From assembly GCF_028765545.1 (NCBI RefSeq), contig NZ_JARACP010000003.1, positions 57,468-81,467 of the forward strand: 24,000 bases of DNA, in the 5' to 3' direction. The DNA is from Aliivibrio sp. S4MY1. GTDB lineage: Bacteria > Pseudomonadota > Gammaproteobacteria > Enterobacterales > Vibrionaceae. This document shows, one piece after another, positions 17,806 to 24,000 of the stretch (the stretch's first letter is position 1; each line of letters opens with the position of its first letter). A program made the translations under genes and the position numbers. Below the pieces are notes generated by a model that was given only the letters and a program-made list of their open reading frames with translations, had not been told where the DNA came from and did not search any database.

Positions 17806-19197
17806 TTATTGTTCGATAGGTAGCGTAATGGTCATGCGCAATCCGCCAAGAGGGCTTTTACTCGCAATGATGGTGCCGCTGTGCTGGTGAATAGCACTTT
17901 CGGTAATCGCCAGACCAAGACCTGTTCCGCCACTGCTTCGATCTCGAGCGGTAGATACTCGATAGAAGGGTTTGAAGATATCCTTGAGTTCATCTTCTGG
18001 TACACCATCCCCATTGTCATCAACGGTGATGGTGAGAATGTTGCCATTATCATTGATATTCACAGTGACCACATCATTACCGTACTTAATAGCATTGCGT
18101 ATTACGTTTTCAACCGCACTCATTAATAGATTAGGGTTACCAAAAATAGGCGTTTCTTTTAAATCAGAATAAGTCAGTATTTTATTTGAATGCTCTGCCT
18201 CAAATTTGGCATCTTCTAAAATATCAAACCATAATGAGTAAGCGTCAGTTTTCTCTCGTTCTTGATGGCTGTTTACTTGTATTCGAGAGAGTTCTAATAG
18301 CTCAGAAATCATCTGCTCTAATCGATCCGCTTCCATATCAATACGAGATAACTCAGCGCTTTCACCTTGCTTACGAGTGGCAAGGGCTGTTGCCATTCTT
18401 AAACGAGTTAAGGGAGAGCGTAGTTCATGAGAAATATCAGATAATAAGCGCTGCTGGCCTGAGATCATGGTGTTGAGTGACCCGACCATCTGATTAAAGC
18501 TTTGCCCTGTTTTTCTAAATTCTCTTGGCCCTTTTTCTAACGCCTCATCTTTTTCAAATTGGCCTTTAGCAACCCGCTCTGCTGCTTTTTGTAAACGTCT
18601 TGCAGGTTGACTTAACGCCCAAGCAAGCCAAAGTAAAAAAGGCGTACTAACGAGCATGGTCACTAGTAATAATTGCCCTGGTTTATCTAATATTCTAAGA
18701 ATAAATGGTGGGGGCTTTTTCCAATATCGCCCCACATACATGTACACGGTTTCATGAGCGATGACGATATCAAAAGGCCCCGCCATCATGGTTCTGCCAT
18801 ACAGTTTTTGTTGAGGAAGATCAGGGTCATCAGAAAGTGTTAAAAAGTTAAGTAACGCTTTTTTTCTTCCTCGTAGCTCTTTAGGTTTATCTAAAATTTC
18901 GCCAGTAGGGGTTGTGAAAAATAGATCGAGGTTTTCATCGTGTTGATGTGCTTTATGGCTAATCTCTTTTAAGGTCTTTTTTAAATTGTCGCGCTCAGAG
19001 TATTTCCCTGTAATGTAGGCAGCAATTTGAGTCATTTTAGTAAGATGTTCAGTTGCGATATTATGGCGAGATCGTGGATCAAAATTAGGGCCAATAACAA
19101 CCCCAATTAAAACCAATAATAAGGTAAACCAAAATATGGCAAAGATACGGCCATATAAGCTGGATAAAAGAGGGAAGCGTGTATTTACTTTAAACAC
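17806..19197 (-). CDS. cpxA: Envelope-stress sensor histidine kinase CpxA
   Basis: Colinear with E. coli CpxA (RIFAIFW..., [17 protein letters not shown]-box, [10 protein letters not shown]-box). It is in the same frame as cpxR, separated only by the TAA at 19201-19203. Start is either TTG 19200 or GTG 19197. GTG lies 7 nt after GAGGA and is slightly preferred. Confidence 0.9.
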   Translation of the reverse strand: MFKVNTRFPLLSSLYGRIFAIFWFTLLLVLIGVVIGPNFDPRSRHNIATEHLTKMTQIAAYITGKYSERDNLKKTLKEISHKAHQHDENLDLFFTTPTGEILDKPKELRGRKKALLNFLTLSDDPDLPQQKLYGRTMMAGPFDIVIAHETVYMYVGRYWKKPPPFILRILDKPGQLLLVTMLVSTPFLLWLAWALSQPARRLQKAAERVAKGQFEKDEALEKGPREFRKTGQSFNQMVGSLNTMISGQQRLLSDISHELRSPLTRLRMATALATRKQGESAELSRIDMEADRLEQMISELLELSRIQVNSHQEREKTDAYSLWFDILEDAKFEAEHSNKILTYSDLKETPIFGNPNLLMSAVENVIRNAIKYGNDVVTVNINDNGNILTITVDDNGDGVPEDELKDIFKPFYRVSTARDRSSGGTGLGLAITESAIHQHSGTIIASKSPLGGLRMTITLPIEQ

Positions 19198-19200
19198 CAA

Positions 19201-19884
19201 TTATTCCTCAACAAACAAATAGCCACGACCACGTAAGGTTTTAATGCGTGGCTTTCCTTCTGAGAGTGGTGGTAATTTTTTACGTAAGTTTGAAACGTGC
19301 ATATCAATAGCGCGATCAAAGGGTGCTAGGCGTTTACCAAGCACTTCTAGGCTGAGTTCTTCTTTAGAGATGATCTCTCCTGGTTTTTGAATAAATTGAG
19401 ACAATAACCCAAACTCAGTTCCAGTTAAGTCTAGCAATTCACCATGATTATAGGCTTCTTGTTTGCCTATAAATATCTCAATGCCTTGATATTTAATGCT
19501 GCTGCTGTTGCTCTCTTTGGTTTTATTTTGTGTACGACGCAAAATAGCGCGAATACGAGCCAGTAGTTCTCTATCACTAAAAGGTTTTGGTAGGTAATCA
19601 TCGGCACCAAGTTCTAAACCAATAACACGATCAATTTCTTCTCCTTTTGCTGTAAGCATTAATACAGGAGTTTCATTGGTCTCTCGTAATTTACGAAGCA
19701 TGTCCATGCCATTCATTTTTGGCATCATGATATCAAGTAGGATCAAGTCTAAATCATTAGTGATCGCTTCAAGGCCTTCAATGCCATTATTTGCCTCCGT
19801 AACCTGATAACCTTCTAAACTTAGGATATCTTTTAGTAGTGCGGTTAGCTCAATATCGTCATCAACTAATAAAATCTTTGCCAT
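19201..19884 (-). CDS. cpxR: OmpR-family response regulator CpxR
   Basis: Colinear with E. coli CpxR (KILLVDDD.ELT.LL...LGADDYLPKPF.DRELLARIRAILRR...KTLRGRGY). RBS AGGTGA. Confidence 0.95.
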   Translation of the reverse strand: MAKILLVDDDIELTALLKDILSLEGYQVTEANNGIEGLEAITNDLDLILLDIMMPKMNGMDMLRKLRETNETPVLMLTAKGEEIDRVIGLELGADDYLPKPFSDRELLARIRAILRRTQNKTKESNSSSIKYQGIEIFIGKQEAYNHGELLDLTGTEFGLLSQFIQKPGEIISKEELSLEVLGKRLAPFDRAIDMHVSNLRKKLPPLSEGKPRIKTLRGRGYLFVEE

Positions 19885-19961
19885 TTTTATTCACCTACAT
19901 AAATAGTTTCTAAGTGTAGTATCGCCAAATAAATGAAGGAATACCAACCTTCAAAATAACC

Positions 19962-20003
19962 TTTACGTTGCTTTACGCACAAAATACACTCATTTACGTT
20001 TAC
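19962..20003. promoter_or_regulatory. CpxR boxes in the cpxR-cpxP divergent promoter region
   Basis: TTTAC-GTTGC-TTTAC (19962-19976) is the reverse complement of the CpxR consensus GTAAA-N5-GTAAA. Two further TTTAC pentamers lie at 19993-19997 and 19999-20003. Confidence 0.7.
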
Positions 20004-20082
20004 TGAGCTATTCTTACTCCATACCAAGCAGCAGCAAGCTGATTTTTGATTGAAACACATTTTCTGTAACGGAGATAACACA

Positions 20083-20577
20083 ATGAACATGATGAAAAAA
20101 ATGATTTTAGGCGCAGTTGTTCTTCCTCTTTCTTTTGCTTCTGCATCGGCATTTGCTTTTGGTGGTGGTCATCACGAAGGTGGAATGAAAGGCGGTGAAG
20201 GCATGCATGGTGGTAAGTGTATGATGAAAGCAAATAAGAAGGCGTTTAAAGATTTAGATCTTACTGATGCTCAAGAAGATAAATTTGATGAAATGCGTGA
20301 CGCTCGTAAAGCTGAAATGAAAGCGAAGAAAGGTCAAAAACGTCAGCCAACGGCTGAAATGAAAGCCGATCATGAAGCGATGCAAAACTTAATGTTAGCG
20401 GATAATTTTGATGAGCAGGCAGTACGTAATTTAGCTGAAAAAATGTCACAGCGTCAAATCGATCGCCGTGTTGAAATGATGAAAAAACGTCATGAAATGA
20501 TGAATATTCTAACGCCAGAGCAAAAAGCAGAATTTAAAGCAAATCAAGATAAGTACATTGCTGATTGCGCTAAATAA
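20083..20577 (+). CDS. cpxP: Periplasmic CpxP/Spy-family stress adaptor (CpxP-like)
   Basis: Has a signal peptide (…SFASASAFA) and two LTXXQ motifs (LTDAQ, LTPEQ). Divergent from cpxRA and followed by fieF-pfkA, as in E. coli. GGAG lies 8 nt before ATG 20083. The ORF-track start TTG 20050 is rejected. Confidence 0.8.
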   Translation: MNMMKKMILGAVVLPLSFASASAFAFGGGHHEGGMKGGEGMHGGKCMMKANKKAFKDLDLTDAQEDKFDEMRDARKAEMKAKKGQKRQPTAEMKADHEAMQNLMLADNFDEQAVRNLAEKMSQRQIDRRVEMMKKRHEMMNILTPEQKAEFKANQDKYIADCAK

Positions 20578-20600
20578 ACGCAATTATCTCTAGAAAATGA

Positions 20601-20640
20601 AAACGGGCCTTTATGATAAATAAAGGTCCGTTTTTTATTT
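20601..20640 (+). terminator. Rho-independent terminator after cpxP
   Basis: AACGGGCCTTTA (20602-20613) pairs with TAAAGGTCCGTT (20621-20632): 12 bp with one G-T wobble. A T-run follows. Confidence 0.8.
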
Positions 20641-20736
20641 AGACCTATTTTGTTGTAAATATATTAATAAATGGAATAACTATCTTGAGCGTAACCCTTT
20701 ATACTAAAGTTTGATTTTTAGGTAGATGGATGAAAC

Positions 20737-21642
20737 ATGACTCAACGATACGCGTCTTTAGTGACTACGGCTGCATGGCTTGCAACCATTGTTGCGACAA
20801 TTTTAATGCTATTTAAATTAGGAACTTGGTGGGTAACGGGTTCAGTCAGTTTATTGGCTTCGTTAGTTGACTCTTTGCTTGATATGGGCGCATCTATAAC
20901 TAATCTTTTAGTCGTCCGTTATGCATTACAACCTGCTGATGAAGAGCACCGTTTTGGGCATGGTAAGGCGGAGTCGCTAGCGGCGTTAGCTCAGGCAATG
21001 TTTATTTCTGGTTCTGCTTGCTTCTTATTATTGAATGGGGTTGAGCGTTTTTTCCGTCCTCAAGATGTTATTGCTCCTGAGTTAGGGGTGTATGTCAGTG
21101 GGTTTGCTATTGTGTTAACTCTTGGCCTTGTTATGTTCCAGCAATGGGTGGTTAAACAGACGGGAAGTCAGGCTATTGCTGCTGATTCGTTGCACTACAA
21201 AACCGATTTATTCATGAATGCCGCTATTATGTTAGCACTTGCATTAAGTTGGTATGGTTGGCATCAAGCTGATGCTATTTTTGCCTTAGTCATTGGTGTG
21301 TATATTTTAATTAGCGCATTTAAAATGGCGTATGAGGCGATTCAACTATTACTTGATAGACAACTGCCACAGGAAGAGTTGGATCAGATAAGAGAGGCGT
21401 GTTGTCGAGTCGAGGGGGTTAAAGGGATTCATGATTTACGAACGCGTTTAGCAGGTCCAACCCGATTTATTCAACTGCATTTAGAGTTGCCAGATCATAT
21501 GCCATTAGTTGAAGCACATCGTATTGCGGATAAAGTTGAAGATGAACTTTTAACAGTATTTCCACATTCTGATATTATAATTCATCAAGACCCACTTTCA
21601 GTTGTGCTAGACTCAGACAGAGAGCAGAGTCAGTTTAGTTAG
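20737..21642 (+). CDS. fieF: Cation diffusion facilitator (Fe/Zn efflux) FieF/YiiP
   Basis: 301 aa CDF protein: six TM segments, [25 protein letters not shown], and a C-terminal cytoplasmic domain. Syntenic with E. coli cpxP-fieF-pfkA. Confidence 0.9.
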   Translation: MTQRYASLVTTAAWLATIVATILMLFKLGTWWVTGSVSLLASLVDSLLDMGASITNLLVVRYALQPADEEHRFGHGKAESLAALAQAMFISGSACFLLLNGVERFFRPQDVIAPELGVYVSGFAIVLTLGLVMFQQWVVKQTGSQAIAADSLHYKTDLFMNAAIMLALALSWYGWHQADAIFALVIGVYILISAFKMAYEAIQLLLDRQLPQEELDQIREACCRVEGVKGIHDLRTRLAGPTRFIQLHLELPDHMPLVEAHRIADKVEDELLTVFPHSDIIIHQDPLSVVLDSDREQSQFS

Positions 21643-21819
21643 TGAGTATGTAGTATTATTAGCAATAATTGTTTTTTCGTAACAGAAAAATGAAACAGTC
21701 GTGATTGATTCTGATGTGAATCAACGAACTTTTTCAGTAAACTGGTAATACTCTTACATAAGAAAAAAAATTACAGATTATTAATGGTGAGTAGATTAGG
21801 GAGTTTACTTGCTGTATTA

Positions 21820-21837
21820 GAAATTGAAATTGAAATT
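21820..21837. repeat. (GAAATT)x3 tandem hexamer repeat upstream of pfkA
   Basis: Three perfect GAAATT units at 21820-21837, ending 23 nt before the pfkA ATG. Confidence 0.6.
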
Positions 21838-21860
21838 CCCAACCATATTAGAGGGTAACC

Positions 21861-22823
21861 ATGGTCAAGAAGATTGGTGTTTTAACAAGTGGTGGCGATG
21901 CGCCGGGTATGAATGCGGCAGTTCGTGGTGTTGTTCGTACAGCATTAACCGAAGGCCTAGAAGTATTTGGTATTCATGATGGCTACTTAGGTCTTGTTGA
22001 AGACCGTATCGAGAAATTAGAGCGCCATAGCGTATCTGATATGATCAACCGCGGCGGTACATTCTTAGGTTCAGCACGTTTTCCTGAGTTTAAAGAAGTT
22101 GCTGTTCGTGAAAAAGCGATCGAGAACCTTAAGAAACACGACATCGATGCATTAATTGTTATCGGTGGTGATGGTTCTTACATGGGCGCGAAGAAGTTAA
22201 CTGAGATGGGTTACCCATGTATCGGTCTGCCTGGCACAATCGATAACGATATCGCTGGTACTGACTACACTATTGGTTACCTAACGGCATTAAACACAGT
22301 TATTGATGCGATTGACCGCTTACGTGATACGTCTTCTTCTCACCAACGTATCTCTATTGTAGAAGTTATGGGCCGTCACTGTGGTGATTTAACATTAATG
22401 GCTGCAATTGCGGGCGGTTGTGAGTATGTTATTACTCCAGAAACTGGCCTAAATAAAGACGCGTTAATTCAGAACATTCAAGATGGCATTGCAAAAGGCA
22501 AAAAGCATGCAATCATCGCTATCACTGAGTTAATGACTGATGTTAATAGTTTAGCAAAAGAGATCGAAGCTGAAACGGGTCGTGAAACTCGTGCAACCGT
22601 TCTTGGTCACATTCAGCGTGGCGGCCAACCTGGTGCATTTGACCGTATCCTTGCGTCTCGTATGGGTAACTTTGGTGTTAAATTGTTGATTGATGGTCAC
22701 GGTGGCCGTTGTGTTGGTATTCAGAATGAGCAATTAGTTCATCACGATATCATCGATGCAATTGAAAACATGCGTCGCCCAGAAAAACTTGAGCTATACA
22801 AAGTAGCTGAAGAGTTATTCTAA
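21861..22823 (+). CDS. pfkA: ATP-dependent 6-phosphofructokinase
   Basis: 320 aa. [18 protein letters not shown]...IGGDGSY...[10 protein letters not shown]...MGR.CGDL is canonical PfkA. RBS GAGGG. Confidence 0.97.
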   Translation: MVKKIGVLTSGGDAPGMNAAVRGVVRTALTEGLEVFGIHDGYLGLVEDRIEKLERHSVSDMINRGGTFLGSARFPEFKEVAVREKAIENLKKHDIDALIVIGGDGSYMGAKKLTEMGYPCIGLPGTIDNDIAGTDYTIGYLTALNTVIDAIDRLRDTSSSHQRISIVEVMGRHCGDLTLMAAIAGGCEYVITPETGLNKDALIQNIQDGIAKGKKHAIIAITELMTDVNSLAKEIEAETGRETRATVLGHIQRGGQPGAFDRILASRMGNFGVKLLIDGHGGRCVGIQNEQLVHHDIIDAIENMRRPEKLELYKVAEELF

Positions 22824-22845
22824 TTTAGAATTAAACGTTAGAGAT

Positions 22846-22876
22846 AAAAAACCGAAGCATTCGCTTCGGTTTTTTT
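22846..22876. terminator. Bidirectional terminator (pfkA and epmB converge here)
   Basis: A-run, ACCGAAGC (22851-22858), ATTC loop, GCTTCGGT (22863-22870), T6. Confidence 0.85.
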
Positions 22877-22918
22877 ATATCTGAATACTTATGATTCAAA
22901 GGAGTTATGTTAATGGAA

Positions 22919-23941
22919 TTACTCTAAATATAAATCGAGAGGTGTTTTACTTTTTCTACCACCAATTTCTCTGGCAAGTGTAGGAACAAGATAACCAGAA
23001 ACATTTTCAATTAACTCCCCCATTAATTGCTTTGCTTTTTCATCAGAAACAAAGAAATGAGCAGCACCTTGCACCTTGTCTAATACATGAAGGTAATAGG
23101 GTAAAATGCCCGCATCAAACAATGCCTCACTTAAATCAGTCAATGTCCTTGCTGTATCATTCACATCTTTAAGTAATACACTTTGATTTAATAGTGTGAC
23201 GTTTGATTGCTTTAATTGAGTCATTTTATTTACTAACTCAGCGTTAATCTCGTTAGCATGGTTAATATGAGTCACTAGAATGATTTGTAAGCGTGTTTGT
23301 TTAAATAGCTGACACAACGTATCAGTAATACGGTTTGGTATTACTACCGGTAAGCGAGAGTGGATACGAAGGCGCTTGATGTGCGGAATCGCTTCAATAT
23401 GTTCAATTAACCATGTCAGTTCATGATCTTTTGCCATTAAAGGATCACCACCAGAAAAGATGACTTCATTTACTTCAGGATGATTTGCAATGTAATCGAT
23501 GGACTCTTGCCAAATGGCCTTACTGCCTTTGTTATCTTGATATGGGAAATGACGGCGGAAGCAATAACGACAATTCACGGCACAACCTCCCTTTACAATT
23601 AACAGAACTCGGTTTTTGTATTTATGCAGTAAACCCGGTTGTTCGTTGTCTTGCTCCTCTAAAGGATCGTTCGAATATCCTTCATGTACCTCGAATTCTT
23701 GATCTAAAGGCAATACTTGGCGTAATAAAGGATCAAAAGGGTTGCCAAATTCCATTCTATCGACAAAACTTGTCGGCACACGTAACGCAAATAACTTTTT
23801 CGCTTCTAGACCTTTCTCCCATGAAGAGCTATCAATACCTAGTGTTGAGAGTAACTGATGAGGGTCAGAGATCGCATTCGCTAGTTCTTTGAGCCAGTTT
23901 TGCTCAACAGGAGCGTCATTTCGGGTTATTATGTGTGACAT
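22919..23941 (-). CDS. epmB: EF-P beta-lysylation enzyme EpmB (radical-SAM lysine 2,3-aminomutase-like, YjeK)
   Basis: 340 aa with the radical-SAM motif CAVNCRYCFRR. Divergent from efp, as in E. coli epmB/efp. Confidence 0.9.
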   Translation of the reverse strand: MSHIITRNDAPVEQNWLKELANAISDPHQLLSTLGIDSSSWEKGLEAKKLFALRVPTSFVDRMEFGNPFDPLLRQVLPLDQEFEVHEGYSNDPLEEQDNEQPGLLHKYKNRVLLIVKGGCAVNCRYCFRRHFPYQDNKGSKAIWQESIDYIANHPEVNEVIFSGGDPLMAKDHELTWLIEHIEAIPHIKRLRIHSRLPVVIPNRITDTLCQLFKQTRLQIILVTHINHANEINAELVNKMTQLKQSNVTLLNQSVLLKDVNDTARTLTDLSEALFDAGILPYYLHVLDKVQGAAHFFVSDEKAKQLMGELIENVSGYLVPTLAREIGGRKSKTPLDLYLE

Positions 23942-23973
23942 TATTTATAACTCAACGATGTTAAGAGGAAATC

Positions 23974-24000
23974 ATGGCGTCAGTAAGTACCAATGAATTC
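23974..24000 (+). CDS. efp: Elongation factor P, first 9 codons only (3' end lies outside the window)
   Basis: AAGAGGA lies 4 nt before ATG 23974. The translation MASVSTNEF matches the Vibrio EF-P N-terminus as I recall it. Divergent from epmB. Confidence 0.75.

Noticed and set aside
17832-18476. Cluster of ORFs inside cpxA: 17832..18053 (same strand, other frame), 17881..18126, 17972..18172 and 18186..18476
   Set aside because: All are embedded in cpxA, whose translation is colinear with E. coli CpxA. There is no independent support for them.
19195-19205. cpxR and cpxA share one reading frame, separated only by a single TAA; possible readthrough fusion
   Set aside because: GAGGA sits at the end of cpxR and GTG/TTG codons follow the stop immediately. 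This is the classic layout for translational coupling. Nothing in the sequence suggests programmed readthrough.
19887-20233. Minus-strand ORFs 19887..20090 and 20000..20233 spanning the cpxR-cpxP intergenic region
   Set aside because: They run through the divergent promoter and the CpxR boxes and into the cpxP signal-peptide region on the opposite strand. They are Cys-rich with implausible sequence and no RBS.
21652-21680. Weak all-A/T hairpin (ATTATT-AGC-AATAAT) plus T6 after fieF as a terminator
   Set aside because: The stem is only 6 bp of A-T pairs, which is too weak to call with confidence. fieF may read through toward pfkA or terminate by another route.
21820-21837. (GAAATT)x3 microsatellite as a phase-variation or regulatory element for pfkA
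   Set aside because: There are only three units of an AT-rich hexamer in an AT-rich leader, and it lies outside any coding frame. I recorded it as a repeat but see no basis for a functional claim.
20261-23892. ORFs 20261..20449 (antisense to cpxP), 22551..22733 (antisense to pfkA) and 23485..23892 (antisense to epmB, 135 aa)
   Set aside because: These are shadow ORFs of strongly supported genes. The 135-aa one is the longest but has no recognisable motifs and lies wholly inside epmB.
1-24000. Search for defence systems, toxin-antitoxin pairs, CRISPR arrays, integrases, transposases, prophage genes, tRNA or rRNA
   Set aside because: I saw no spaced direct-repeat arrays, no terminal inverted repeats bracketing genes, no recombinase-like, nuclease-like or NTPase-like ORFs, and no tRNA-like cloverleaf candidates in the intergenic regions. 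Every ORF longer than 140 aa is accounted for by a recognisable family.

Overview
The window looks like AT-rich core chromosome from a Vibrionaceae genome. Evidence: the EF-P N-terminus MASVSTNEF at the right edge, and close protein-level matches to E. coli and Vibrio housekeeping genes. Left to right: (a) the 3' part of a DUF1254/DUF1214-family gene and a convergent LysR regulator; (b) a compact arsenate-resistance cluster of arsR, an ArsJ-associated GAPDH paralogue, a CDKN3/KAP-like Cys-phosphatase and arsJ; (c) nagB; (d) dsbD, a UspA-family gene, dcuA and aspA, with fxsA divergent; (e) envC, with yibN-like rhodanese, secB, gpsA and cysE divergent; (f) trmL, cpxA and cpxR, with cpxP, fieF and pfkA divergent; (g) epmB, with the start of efp divergent. 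Most gene ends carry clear hairpin plus T-run terminators, several of them bidirectional. I found no rRNA, tRNA, CRISPR array, transposase, integrase, prophage or recognisable defence genes. I do not see a convincing undescribed multi-gene system. The only accessory-looking segment is roughly 1-5150. Its ars cluster matches a GAPDH/ArsJ system that has already been described. The open questions are the role of the embedded phosphatase, an intrinsic-terminator-like hairpin inside that cluster, a Gly/His/Met-rich extension on CpxP, and several structured or repeated intergenic elements. All functional calls come from reading the translated ORFs and recalling family signatures. No database search was run.
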